NCBI GenBank assembly: GCA_964016885.1
Contig: OZ024741.1
Location: 386,694,001 to 386,758,000 of the forward strand
DNA: 64,000 nt
Reading direction: 5' to 3'
Source: Eledone cirrhosa
Taxonomy: Eukaryota
The notes under the pieces were generated by a model. That model did not search any database and was not told the DNA's origin. It saw only the letters and a list, made by a program, of their open reading frames with translations. The first letter of the stretch is position 1, and each line of letters begins with the position of its first letter. The translations under genes were made by a program, and so were the position numbers. This document shows, in pieces, positions 43,154 to 56,725 of this stretch.

Positions 43154-43269
<116 letters not shown>

Positions 43270-43882
43270 TAAATGGTCCGGTAATAATTGCAAATAACAA
43301 TAGTCTAAAGACGAATCCTTAATGCACTTGAAACTCTCTCACTGTTTATATATAAGAATGGGTACAGTGTCTCTGCATGTCAAGAGTTGATGCAAGGAAG
43401 AGCATCCGGCCGCAGAACATTGCCTCAAAAAAATTATGTAATTACAGTATTCTAATCAAACCCAAGATCTTCTCACTACTGTTGGAGGAACCCATCCCCT
43501 TCTTGGTTGACCTCCACCACTTTCTATTTGGTATTAATCATGTCTTCAGGAATGTAACTGTACTCATCCAGCTTGGCCAATTACGGGTTGGTGGGGCTAT
43601 TTAACCCATAGTTGGGGTGGATGGATGGCTGTTGACTCTGAGGAATACATCTGCTCCTTTAACTGCTCTTATTTTGTTTGTTTATTTTTGTGTGCTGCTA
43701 GGGTTCCACTTACATTACTAACCAAACTAGGGTCTGGTGGTGGGGGCTGTTTTAGTCGCCAACCACTCAACCATGAAATATAAATTACAGTACTAAAAAT
43801 ATAAAAATACAACTCTTGTAGTTCTACATAAAAATTCCAGAATTGTCATTTACCATTTTTCTGTTTTCCTTTTCCATTCCAG

Positions 43883-43996
43883 TTAATATGTCAACACGTC
43901 TCCCTCATGTTTTCGCACAAGACCTTTCGACTTTTGATTCCATTATTGGTTTTTACGGGATTGCAGCAAGGTTTCATTTACGCCGATTTTAATAGG
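43883..43996 (+). CDS. UNC93A: Next internal exon of the UNC-93-family gene
   Basis: Acceptor ttttccattccAG; GTAAGT donor at 43997; phase 0/0, in frame with the previous exon. LICQHVSLMFSHKTFRLLIPLLVFTGLQQGFIYADFNR matches the UNC93A 'LLI..L.YSGLQQGF...EY.R' motif as recalled. Exact paralogue is uncertain. Confidence 0.85.
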
Positions 43997-44141
43997 GTAA
44001 GTATTTTTTGCACTTATTTCCATTTACTCAATAGCACCACAAACACCAACACCAACACCACCAAAACACACGGATGTATGTCCACAGTGCTCTTCATGAT
44101 GCCACCCATCCACTTAGTATTTTCCTCTCTCTCTCTCTCTC

Positions 44142-44219
<78 letters not shown>

Positions 44220-44378
44220 TCTGTGTTTCTTAACTTCTATCCCACACTTGTTTCTTTCCCAATAAAAGACAAAGTTCTGATACGTTGAAGACACTTCATT
44301 TATAACATTTTTTCGTAATTTGTTCTATGTGTTTGTTTTCATTGTTATTTTCTATATTGTTAACTTTGCAGTATATAT

Positions 44379-44511
<133 letters not shown>

Positions 44512-44555
44512 TGAAAAAGAACAAAGGGACTATTATGACATTATAACGAGTTTAT

Positions 44556-44603
44556 TGCCGACAGCCGTTTCGTCCGACCATATGGTGGGACTTTTCAAGG
44601 CAT
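44556..44603 (-). ncRNA. Minimal hammerhead-like motif with U3-A8 core
   Basis: tgcc-TTGAAAA-GTCC.ACC(atat)GGT.GGAC-GAAAC(ggct)GTC-ggca, overlapping or followed by AATAAA. Confidence 0.75.
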
Positions 44604-44720
44604 ATAACATGTGATTGTAAGATCATTATTTACGTCAACGTATCACTCAAGGCGTCCGTCACATATTTGGTAGGTCAGACGTGATCATCGCGATTCACAT
44701 ACGACCTACCATACATCTTG

Positions 44721-44763
<43 letters not shown>

Positions 44764-44782
44764 GTATATATATATGTATATG

Positions 44783-44833
<51 letters not shown>

Positions 44834-45685
44834 AGGTCACCAGTAACATATATCCCAGTAGAACCTGTCTCATGGTCGGGTCGTTGGCGACTAAACTGGC
44901 AACCCCACCAAGGTTTCTTGGTGAGGAGGGTGACTTTGGACATCCTGCAGGGCTAAAAACAAAACCTGTCAAAGGGCAAAGGAGCTCTTAAGAGTTAATG
45001 GCCATCCAAAATCACCGGAAGAGATGACCCCTTAGCCTTTGTCAAGGCAGAATTCTAGGAGAAGGAAAACTCTGATATAACACCTGCAACCCTGATGGTA
45101 TCCAATGATGTTGACTTGTTCTTTTTGGTAAATATCATCTTGGTTAAGAGAGTGGGACTGGCTTTGTGCAGTGCCTTTGCTCACTATAAAAGCTTCACGG
45201 CACAGGCATTGCTTTATATCTGGAGATCTCTCTGCACTTGTTGTCACATGGTGCCATGGGCCCAGCACTATGTGTCAATAATTGTCACAAGTGTAGTGTT
45301 TGTGCCAGAGTTTTCAAGTCGCTGGCTGGACTAAAAAGTCACACTTGTTCAGCGCATCGGTAGGGGTTCTCCTACATGGATATAAAGTAGTGGCCATACT
45401 CAAAAACGAGTTGGCAGCCACCATATATATATATATATAATAATTCTAGAAAGAAGATTGACATCGTTCGCTATACAATAAGGGATTTATTCACATTACT
45501 GACAATTGTATAGCGAACCATGTCAATCTTCTTTCTAGAATTATTATTACTCCAAGTATAAACTACATAAAAATCACCGCGAACTCGCAGTATCACTATG
45601 GAAACGTCTTGTTGAGTCAAACTAAGCCACACGTTAATACTATCCACTACAAGACCTACTCCAACTGGACTACATCTAAGTGGAC

Positions 45686-45748
<63 letters not shown>

Positions 45749-45752
<4 letters not shown>

Positions 45753-45902
45753 AGTAAGTAAGACCCCGACGGCTGAGCTCAAGCTGTTTCGACGGCTAAT
45801 TCTGTACTGAATGAAAAATCCTATTACCCACTCTACTACCCTAAGTATTGAGTACTTTGGTGCGTTATGGTCCACCTGGTTCCTTACCATTTTTCCCTCG
45901 CT
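45749..45902 (+). mobile_element. Second copy of the 15484-15672 family (inverted segment plus tail) in (TA)n
   Basis: 45820-45902 is near-identical to the reverse complement of 15484-15565; 45751-45805 is the inverted hammerhead-half segment. Confidence 0.7.
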
Positions 45903-46034
45903 ATATATATATATATATAATTCTCTAACCACTCGGCGTGTTCTTGCTCCCACTAGTTACGAACATTTGTACCATCGACTTACAAATTTTTATTCCGGCT
46001 AATTACAAATTTTTACTGCGTCAAGTGACAAATT

Positions 46035-46510
46035 TTGTTCCCAGTAGTTACAAAATCTTGTCCTGCAAGTTACAAACATTTGTTTCTACTAGTAACAAAT
46101 TCTATCCCGTTTAGTTACAAAATTTTGTTCCCGCTGGTGTCACACATTTGTTCCCAGTAGTTACAAAATCTTGTCCTGCAAGTTACAAACATTTGTTTCT
46201 ACTAGTAACAAATTCTATCCCGTTTAGTTACAAAATTTTGTTCCCGCTGGTGTCACACATTTGTTCCCAGTAGTTACAAAATCTTGTCCTGCAAGTTACA
46301 AACATTTGTTTCTACTAGTAACAAATTCTATCCCGTTTAGTTACAAAATTTTGTTCCCGCTGGTGTCACACATTTGTTCCCAGTAGTTACAAAATCTTGT
46401 CCTGCAAGTTACAAACATTTGTTTCTACTAGTAACAAATTCTATCCCGTTTAGTTACAAAATTTTGTTCCCGCTGGTGTCACACATTTGTTCCCAGTAGT
46501 TACAAAATGT
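46035..46510. repeat. 113-bp higher-order repeat (5 monomers), ~4 copies
   Basis: Near-identical units start at 46035, 46148, 46261, 46374 and (partial) 46487. Confidence 0.92.
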
Positions 46511-48933
46511 TGTTCCTCCCACTAGTTACAAACATTTGTTGCCATTATTTACAAAATTTGTCCCATAAGTTACAAATGTTTCTTTACACTAATTACAAAC
46601 CTTTGTTCCATCAATTACAAAGTTTGTTCCTTTAAGATACAAACATATGTTCCCACTAGTTACAAATATTCTTCTGACTAGTGACAAATTTTTATTCCCA
46701 CTAGTGAAAATTTGTATTCGCACAATTCTTCCAAATAGTTACATACATTTGTCCCCAGCTGTTACAAAGTATTTTCCCACAAGTTATAATATTTTGTTCC
46801 AGCTAGTTACAAATTTTTGATCCAACTAGTTACAAACATTTAATCCAACAAGTCACAAACGTTTGTTCCAATAGTTACTGGCATTTGTCTGGCTAGTTAC
46901 AATTTTTTGTTCCCACCAGTTACAAACTATTATTCCCCCTAGTTACAAACTATTATTCCCACCAGTTACAAACTATTATTCCCACCAGTTACAAACTATT
47001 ATTCCCACCAGTTACAAACTATTATTCCCCTAGTTACAAACTATTATTCCCACCAGTTACAAACTATTATTCCTCCTAGTTACAAACCATTATTTCCCCT
47101 AGTTACAAACCATTATTTCCCCTAGTTACAAATATCTGTTCTGGCTAGCAACAATGTTTTGGTTCTAACTACTTACAATCTGGCAAGTAAAAAACATATC
47201 CCTATCAGTTACACATTTCTTTCCTCTAGTAACAAATTTTGTTTCGACTAATTACAAGCATTCGTTCTGGCTATTTACATATATTTGTTCCAAGAACTTA
47301 CTAATTTTGTTCTCATTAATTATAAACTAATTATAGGACGGCAGATTGGTAGAGCGTTTGACACTATTCTTTGCGGCATAAAGTTATGGTCCTTTACGTT
47401 CTGAGTTCAAATCCCTCGAGGTTAGCTTTGCTTTTCATCCTTACGGGGTCGATAAAATAAAGCACCAGTAATGCACTGGGAGTAAATTGCTGGCCTTGTG
47501 CATATAGTAGAAATCATTAATTGTAAACTTTTGTCCATCAAGTTACAAACTCATGTTCTGGATAGTTCAGAACTTTTGTTCCGTGTAGAGACAAACTTTT
47601 GTTCCCACTTGTTACAAACTTTGTTCCAACTATTTTAAAAATTGTGTTACCACTAGTTACAAATAGTTTTTGTGACTAGTTACAAATTTAGATCTAGCTA
47701 ATTACAAATATTTGTCCTGGTTTGTTACAAACTTTAAATCTAATTAGTCACCAACATTTGTTACAAATATCTTTTACATGTAGTTACTAACTTTTGTTCT
47801 CATTTGTTAAGAATTATTTTTCCAGTTAGTCACAAATTTTTGTTTTGGCTAGTTACAAACTTTTCCTCCAAATAATTACAATATTTTGTTCCCTCGAATT
47901 AGAATTTTCCGATTAGTTACAAACATATGTTCCCAGTAGTTATAAGCATTTGTTCCATCTAGTTAATTTGTTCAGACTTATTAGAAACCTTTCTTCTCGC
48001 TAGTTAGAAACATTATATTACGACTAAATACAAACATTTGTCCAGGCTAGTTACAAAATTATGTTCCATCAAATTACAGACATTTGTTCCGACTAATTAC
48101 GAACTTTTTCTCTGTTGAGTTACACACCTTTTTCCATCTAATTACAATTTTTTTTGTTCTGACGAGTTACAAAAGTTTTCCGTCTACTTTCAAACTTTTG
48201 TTCGCATTTGCTACAATCATTTGTCCCCACTAATTAAAAACCTTTGTTTCCACTACTTACAAACTTTGTTCCCAGTAATTACTAACTTTTGGTCCGACTT
48301 GTTACAAATTATTTGTTCCTACTGCTTCCAAACTGTCTCCCACCAGTCACAAACAGGTGTCACAAATAATTACAAAGTTTATTCCTATTAGCTACAAATA
48401 TTTTTTGCCATCTAATTACAAACCTTTGTTCCGTGTATTTACAAACTTTTGTAATTATTAGTTACAACCTTTTTTGTGGCAAGCTAAAAACTTCTCTCCC
48501 CGTTAGTTACATATTTTTTTCCTACTAGTTGTAAATTTATTTTCTGTAGAGTTAAATTTTTGTTATTGCCGTTAGTTACAAACTTTTGTTCCCACGAGAT
48601 ATAAACTTCTAGTTACAACTCTTGTTCTAACTAGTTACCAAAATTTGGACTATCTAATTACAAAATCTTGTTCAATCTAATTATAATTGTTTGCCAATTG
48701 TTACAAATATATCTTCTATCTAGTTGCAAACTGTTTCTCCCACTACTTACAAACATTTGTTCCGGCTAGTAACAAATGTCTATTCGGGCTAATTACAATC
48801 TTTTGACCCTAGTAGTTACAACTTTTGTTCCGACTACTTACAATGGTTATTCTTTTCTTCCCTCTAGTTACAAACTTTTGTTCGGAGTAATTTCAAAACT
48901 TTTTCCGGCTTGCTACAAATTATTTCGTCCAGT

Positions 48934-50066
48934 AAAGGCATATGGCCGCGTTCCACAGGACCTGTTGTGGAAGGTTCTGCAGGAGTATGGGGTCGATGGT
49001 CAGCCTCTTGTTGCCCTGATGTCTCTATACGAAAGCCCGAGTATTTATGTTCGTATAAAGGATGGTAAATCAAAACCATTCAATGTAGAAGTCAGACTCT
49101 GCCAAGGGTGCGCACTGTCACCTCTCCTGTTCATTGTTTTTTTATGAATAGGATTGACATGTGCAGCCAGGTTGGAAGTGGTATCACGACAGGTGGGTTT
49201 AAAATCAGTCGGCTGGAATTTGCAGACGACATGGTGTTACTTACACTCGATAGGTTTGATGGTGAGTGCTGTATGGCTGGAATAAAAATCAGTGCTGCGA
49301 AAACTGAAACACTCGTCGTCTCAAGGAAGCCTGCGCAGTGCACTCTACATGTGAATGGAGTTCCACTGAAGCAGGTGGAGAAGTTCAAGTATCTCGAGGC
49401 CGTGTTCACGAATGGTAGAAGACAGGAGGCTGAATTAAATGCAAGAATTGCAGGAGCTGGTGCAATAATGCTCCTGCTTCAGCGTTCGGTAATCAGAAGG
49501 GAGGAGGTAGGTGTAAAAGCCAAAGTCATTATCTTCAATTCAGTATTCGTGCCAACCCTTACCTATAGTCGTTAATCTTGCGTAATGACTGAAAGAATAT
49601 GATCACGAATACAAGTGGCCGAAATGAGGTTCCTCCGAAAGGTCTTTGGAGTAACGTTACTCGATAAAATGTGTAGCTTGGAGATCAGAGAGTTTTTCCA
49701 AGTAGAGCCGCTACTTCTCCGAATTGGGAGATCACAGCTCCGATACTATGGACATGTGGTTAGAATATCTCAGGAACAAATCGCTGGATAGATTTTACAG
49801 GCAAAAACCAACCGGCAGAAGACCCAGAACAAGAAGGTTCGATACTATCCATGAGCTTGGCTGGATCCAGCCAGATCAGTTGGAGATGGTTGCTTCTGAC
49901 AGGACCCGCTGGAGGGAGTGTTTCAGGACTCTGCCCACACGATCCTCTCTACTTGTGTTGTTATTTTGTTCTCTCCTTTGTTCTGTCATGCACCAAGAAG
50001 AAGAAGAAGAAGAAGAAGAAGAAGAAGAAGAAGAAGAAGAAGAAGAAGAAGAAGAAGAAGAAGAAG

Positions 50067-50095
<29 letters not shown>
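48934..50095 (+). mobile_element. 5'-truncated RTE-clade LINE with (GAA)n tail, inserted into the satellite
   Basis: KAY.RVP..LLWKVL, QGCALSPLLF, FADDMVL, VEKFKYL, PTLTY; (GAA)n tract at ~49996-50095. Confidence 0.9.
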
Positions 50096-50097
<2 letters not shown>

Positions 50098-53000
50098 TAC
50101 AAACTTTTTCTAACTAGTTACACACTGTTTTCCATCAATTTACAAACATTTGTTCCCATAGGTTACACATAGTAATGTCTTTTGTTCCACTTTCAAACTT
50201 ATGTTCTATTTAGTTACATATTGAGTCCCACGATTTACAAGCACTTTTCTCACTAGTTACAAACGTTTTCTGTTCAATTTAAAACTTTTGATCCCACCTG
50301 TTACAACTTTTGTTCCATCTACCTGCAATGTTTGCTCCCACTGTTTGCAAACTTTTGTTCTGTCTAGTTACTAGTTATCAACTTTTGTACCTACTTTTTA
50401 CAATTTTTTGTTCCAACTAGCTACAAACTTTTCTCCACCTTTTGTACGAACTAGTTACAAAATGTGTTTCTGTCTAATCATGACTTCTGCTCCCACAACT
50501 TACAAACCTCTGTTCCCACAACTTACAAACCTCTGTTCCCACAACTTACAAACCTCTGTTCCCACAACTTACAAACCTCTGTTCCCACAACTTACAAACC
50601 TCTGTTCCCACAACTTACAAACCTCTGTTCCCACAACTTACAAACCTCTGTTCCCACAACTTACAAACCTCTGTTCCCACAACTTAGAAACTTCTGTTCC
50701 CACAACTTACAAACTTCTGTTCCCACAACTTACAAACGTCTGTTCCCACAACTTACAAAACCTCTGTTCCCGCTGGTTACAAACTTCTCTTCCCGCTGGT
50801 TACAAACTTCTCTTCCCGCTGGTTACAAACTTCTGTTCCCGCTGGTTACAAACCTCTGTTCCGGCTGGTTACAAAATTCTGTTCTCGCTGGTTACAAACC
50901 TCTGTTCTCCCTGGTTACAAACCTCTGTTCCCACTGGTTACAAAATTCTGTTCTCGCTGGTTACAAACATTCTGTTCCCGCTGGTTACAAACCTCTGTTC
51001 TCCCTGGTTACAAACCTTTGTTCCCGCTGGTTACAAACCTCTGTTCTCCCTGGTTACAAACCTCTGTTCCCGCTGGTTACAAACCTCTGTTCCCGCTGGT
51101 TACAAACCTCTGTTCCCGCTGGTTACAAACCTCTGTTCCCGCTGGTTACAAAGTTCTGTTCTCGCTGGTTACAAACTTCTGTTCCCGCTGGTTACAAACC
51201 TCTGTTCCCGCTGGTTACAAACCTCTGTTCCCGCTGGTTACAAAACTCTGTTCTCGCTGGTTACAAACCTCTGTTCCCGCTGGTTACAAACTTCTGTTCC
51301 CGCTGGTTACAAACCTCTGTTCTCCCTGGTTACAAACCTCTGTTCCCGCTGGTTACAAACCTCTGTTCCCGCTGGTTACAAACCTCTGTTCTCCCTGGTT
51401 ACAAACTTCTGTTCCCGCTGGTTACAAACTGCTGTTCCCGCTGGTTACAAACTTCTGTTCCCGCTGGTTACAAACCTCTGTTCCCGCTGGTTACAAACTT
51501 CTGTTCCCGCTGGTTACAAACCTCTGTTCTCCCTGGTTACAAACCTCTGTTCCCGCTGGTTACAAACTTCTGTTCCCGCTGGTTACAAACCTCTGTTCTC
51601 CCTGGTTACAAACTTCTGTTCCCGCTGGTTACAAACTTCTGTTCCCACTGGTTACAAACCTCTGTTCCCGCTGGTTACAAACCTCTGTTCTCCCTGGTTA
51701 CAAACCTCTGTTCTCCCTGGTTACAAACTTCTGTTCTCGCTGGTTACAAACCTCTGTTCTCCCTGGTTACAAACTTCTGTTCCCGCTGGTTACAAACCTC
51801 TGTTCTCGCTGGTTACAAACTTCTGTTCCCGCTGGTTACAAACCTCTGTTCCCGCTGGTTACAAACCTCTGTTCTCCCTGGTTACAAACCTCTGTTCTCG
51901 CTGGTTACAAACCTCTGTTCCCGCTGGTTACAAACCTCTGTTCCCGCTGGTTACAAACCTCTGTTCTCGCTGGTTACAAACCTCTATTCCCGTTGGTTAT
52001 AAACTTCTGTTCCAGCTGGTTACAAACCTCTGTTCCTGCTGGTTACAAACCTCTGTTCCCGCTGGTTACAAACCTCTGTTCCCGGTGGTTACAAATTTCT
52101 GTTCTCGCTCGTTACAAACTTCTGTTCCCGCTGGTTACAAACCTCTGTTCCCGCTGGTTACAAACCTCTGTTCCCGCTGGTTACAAACCTCTGTTCTCGC
52201 TGGTTACAAACCTCTGTTCCCGCTGGTTACAAACTTCTGTTCTCACAACTTACAAACCTCTGTTCTCGCTGGTTACAAACCTCTGTTCTCCCTGGTTACA
52301 AACCTCTGTTCTCGCTGGTTACAAACTTCTGTTCCCGCTGGTTACAAACCTCTGTTCCCGCTGGTTACAAACCTCTGTTCTCCCTGGTTACAAACCTCTG
52401 TTCCCGCTGGTTACAAACCTCTGTTCTCCCTGGTTACAAACCTCTGTTCTCCCTGGTTACAAACTTCTGTTCCCGCTGGTTACAAACCTCTGTTCTCCCT
52501 GGTTACAAACCTCTGTTCTCCCTGGTTACAAACTTCTGTTCCCGCTGGTTACAAAGCTCTGTTCCCGCTAGTTACAAACCTCTGTTCCCGTTGGTTACAA
52601 ACTTCTGTTCTCGCTGGTTACAAACCTACAAACTTCTGTTCTCGCTGGTTACAAACCTCTGTTCCCGCTGGTTACAAACTTCTGTTCCCGCTGGTTACAA
52701 ACTTCTGTTCTCGCTGGTTACAAACCTACAAACTTCTGTTCCCGCTGGTTACAAAGTCTGTTCCCGCTGGTTACAAACCTCTGTTCCCGCTGGTTACAAA
52801 CTTCTGTTCCCGCTGGTTACAAACTTCTATTCCCGCTGGTTACAAACCTACAAATTCTGTTCCCGCTGGTTACAAACCTCTGTTCCCGCTGGTTACAAAC
52901 TTCTGTTCCCGCTGGTTACAAACCTACAAACTTCTGTTCCCGCTGGTTACAAACTTCTGTTCTCCCTGGTTACAAACCTCTGTTCCCGCTGGTTACAAAC

Positions 53001-56000
53001 TTCTGTTCCCGCTGGTTACAAACTTCTGTTCTCCCTGGTTACAAACCTCTGTTCCCGCTGGTTACAAACCTCTGTTCCCGCTAGTTACAAACCTCTGTTC
53101 CCGCTGGTTACAAACTTCTGTTCTCGCTGGTTACAAACTTCTGTTCCCGCTGGTTACAAACCTCTGTTCCCGCTGGTTACAAACCTACAAACCTCTGTTC
53201 CCGCTGGTTACAAACTTCTGTTCCCGCTGGTTACAAACTTCTGTTCTCCCTGGTTACAAACCTCTGTTCCCGCTGGTTACAAACCTCTGTTCCCGCTGGT
53301 TACAAACTTCTGTTCCCGCTGGTTACAAACCTCTGTTCCCGCTGGTTACAAACTTCTGTTCCCGATGGTTACAAACCTCTGTTCCCGCTGGTTACAAACC
53401 TCTGTTCCCACTGGTTACAAACCTCTGTTCCCGCTGGTTACAAACCTCTGTTTCCCGCTGGTTACAAACCTCTGTTCCCGCTGGTTACAAACCTCTGTTC
53501 CCGCTGGTTACAAACCTCTGTTCCCGCTGGTTACAAACCTCTGTTCCCGCTGGTTACAAACTTCTGTTCCCGCTGGTTACAAACCTCTGTTCCCGCTGGT
53601 TACAAACCTCTGTTCCCACTGGTTACAAACCTCTGTTCCCGCTGGTTACAAACCTCTGTTTCCCGCTGGTTACAAACCTCTGTTCCCGCTGGTTACAAAC
53701 CTACAAACCTCTGTTCCCGCTGGTTACAAACCTCTGTTCCCGCTGGTTACAAACCTCTGTTCCCGCTGGTTACAAACCTCTGTTCCCGCTGGTTACAAAC
53801 CTCTGTTCCCGCTGGTTACAAACCTCTGTTTCCCGCTGGTTACAAACCTCTGTTTCCGCTGGTTACAAACCTACAAACTTCTGTTCCCGCTGGTTATAAA
53901 TTCTGTTCCCGCTGGTTACAAACCTCTGTTCCCGCTGGTTACAAACCTCTGTTCCCGCTGTTTACAAACCTCTGTTCCCGCTGGTTACAAACCTCTGTTC
54001 CCGCTGGTTACAAACCTCTGTTCCCGCTGGTTACAAACCTCTGTTCCCGCTGGTTACAAACCTCTGTTCCCGCTGGTTACAAACCTCTGTTCCCGCTGGT
54101 TACAAACCTCTGTTCCCGCTGTTTACAAACCTCTGTTCCCGCTGGTTACAAACCTCTGTTCCCGCTGGTTACAAACCTCTGTTCCCGCTGGTTACAAACC
54201 TCTGTTTCCCGCTGGTTACAAACCTCTGTTTCCGCTGGTTACAAACCTACAAACTTCTGTTCCCGCTGGTTACAAATTCTGTTCCCGCTGGTTACAAACC
54301 TCTGTTCCCGCTGGTTACAAACCTCTGTTCCCGCTGGTTACAAACCTCTGTTCCCGCTGGTTACAAACCTCTGTTCCCGCTGGTTACAAACTTCTGTTCC
54401 CGCTGGTTACAAACCTCTGTTCCCGCTGGTTACAAACCTCTGTCCCCGCTGGTTACAAACCTCTGTTCCCGCTGGTTACAAACCTCTGTTCCCGCTGGTT
54501 ACAAACCTCTGTTCCCGCTGGTTACAAACCTCTGTCCCCGCTGGTTACAAACCTCTGTTCCCGCTGGTTACAAACCTCTGTTCCCGCTGGTTACAAACCT
54601 CTGTTCCCGCTGGTTACAAACCTCTGTTCCCGCTGGTTACAAACTTCTGTTCCCAGTAACAAACTGTTGTTGTGGCTAGTTACAATCTTTTGTCTCGTCA
54701 ATTTTGTCTTGAGGAAATTTCTATCCAAATTCTTCCCTGGCGCCATAATACTAATGCTGTTGATGAGAGTAACATTCCTCTTGAACTATTGAATACGTCA
54801 ACGGATACTAGAAAGTATGTACCAGAGCGGAGGAAATTCCAGAGTGGTGACGTTCTGTTTACGAAGAAATCTTCAAAATGATGGTGGTAATTTGAGAGAA
54901 ATTTTGGCTGCTGTTTTTAACAAGTTCAACGACTCTATAGAGGTTCCTCTCATTGGTTCGTAAATTGCAGATGTTGTTGTTGTTGTTGTTGTTTAACTTT
55001 ACGTTAATCAACCTTAATTGGGAAAACGTATGAGTAGAAGTATTCTAATTTTTTTAGAGCTATCTATTACTTAATTATCAAATGTGATTTTAAGTTTGAG
55101 TTAGAGGGAGATTTGGTTGCGATTGTTAACAATTCGAATGGCCATGCTGAGGCTCTTTTTATTGGTTAGTAAAATGTGGCAGTGGTTGACTTTAGTTTAG
55201 GCACAAATACATCATTTTCCGTCAATTCTCACATATCTTATAATTAATATAAGATTGGCCCAAGTGTGGTGGATTGGCAGAATTGGTAGAACGTTGGACA
55301 AAATATTTTCCGGTATTTTGATTCGGCCCTTTACGTTCTAAACTCAAATCTCACTGAGGACAACTTTACCTTTCATTCTTCTGTGGTCGATAAAATAAAG
55401 TACCTGTCAAATACGGGAGTCGATATAATTGATGTATCCCTCCCTCCTCCAAATCCGTGGCCTTGTGCCTAAATTAGAAAGAATTATAAATACTAGGTTG
55501 GGCCGTTACATTCAGAGTTCAAATTCTCCGCCTCATATGATACCACTTTACCGTAAAGTAATTAGCAGTCAAGTACTAAGGATCATTATAATATACTTTT
55601 CCATATCCTACAATTTGTGGTCTAATACCTATGATATGAATAAAAAAAATCAATATGTCTCGGCATTATTGAACAGTTTACGACTTAGGTGCGGCGGAAA
55701 ATCGGATTCGACAATTAGCAATAAAATGGTACTCGCATCAAAAGTATTTAAAACGATTTACATTATTAATGGAAATCAACCGTATGTGTGTTGGGGGTGT
55801 ATATGTGTGTGTAGGTATGTTGGGGGTGTACATTGTGGGTGTGTAGGTACGTGTTGGTGGTGTGGGTGGGTGTAGGTGTGGGTATGTGTGTAGGTGTATG
55901 TGTATCTGTGTACTGTTGCTGTTTCTGCTACTGATGTATAGATTATTGTTCTGCGTGATTGATGTTATTTTTACATAAATTATCAAATGACAAGAATTCA

Positions 56001-56169
56001 TTTGTAAGATGTTATCATCATGATATTTCACATGTAACCCTGTAACCTTATAAATATAAATGGAAACTTATAAATATAATACACACAAATATACAATCAA
56101 AGCGGAAAAAACATCAATAGAACATTAAATGCATCAATCAGTCACACACCACAAGGGACATCGGAACCT

Positions 56170-56725
56170 CCCTCTAATACTTTTTGAGGCAAGCCAACAC
56201 ACTGGCAGCATTACCGTAGATAATGGCATGACTAAGGCGCTGCAACAACCAAGCACCCTCATGGGCATCACCTGACACCTCATTATGACGAGCCGCTAAC
56301 GATCACAAGAACTTCGCTGTCAGCGGTCCATCTCCGCAAAACGTCTGGAACACCACAGGCTGGAAATAATAGTTTGTCTATAATTCCAGGTACTTCAGAA
56401 TTTTATTCCGTTTGGCTACGGAAGCATTGACCCTCACATTTACCACAGTATCCAGGATGTGGAAGGGAGCAAAAGAGTCACTGACTGTGGCGTCCCAGAT
56501 GAGACATCTACTTCTTATCCGGGGACAAAGAGTAAGACCACCTTGTCTCTTCCCATCAATTCAGGATAATTCAATCGGATCCAGAACTGAGGGGATATTT
56601 ACCTGAGCTAGTACCCGCATAGTGATTAGGTTTAGTTCGGTATAGCGAGCAAAGCGACCAGCATTCAGGCGACAAAACAAACCATGAAGGCCTGTGGAAT
56701 CAACGGGCCTACCACAGCGACATTT
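56170..56725 (-). mobile_element. CRE-like non-LTR retrotransposon REL-endonuclease fragment
   Basis: Minus strand: LSCRLNAGRFARY..LN, DGKRQGGLTL.P...RCLIWDATVSDSFA, K..KY. Confidence 0.7.

Larger units (their letters stand above)
45945..54690. repeat. ~23-bp satellite domain: degenerate part 45945-50480, homogeneous part 50488-54655
   Basis: Core GTTACAAA...TGTTCCC recurs throughout; homogeneous unit CCTCTGTTCCCGCTGGTTACAAA. Confidence 0.95.

Noticed and set aside
49851-50172. Poly-E / poly-K / poly-R ORFs
   Set aside because: These are the (GAA)n tail of the RTE element.
45945-50480. Conserved GTTACAAA motif with variable intervening sequence (CRISPR-like or zinc-finger-like look)
   Set aside because: The period is ~23 bp, the 'spacers' are homologous decayed monomers, there are no cas genes, and there is no 84-bp C2H2 periodicity.
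50408-54792. Very long ORFs (1163, 512, 517, 733 aa) with a 23-aa repeat
   Set aside because: The 23-bp unit has no stop on the + strand, so all three frames give the same peptide. Indels shift frames freely, so there is no sign of coding constraint.
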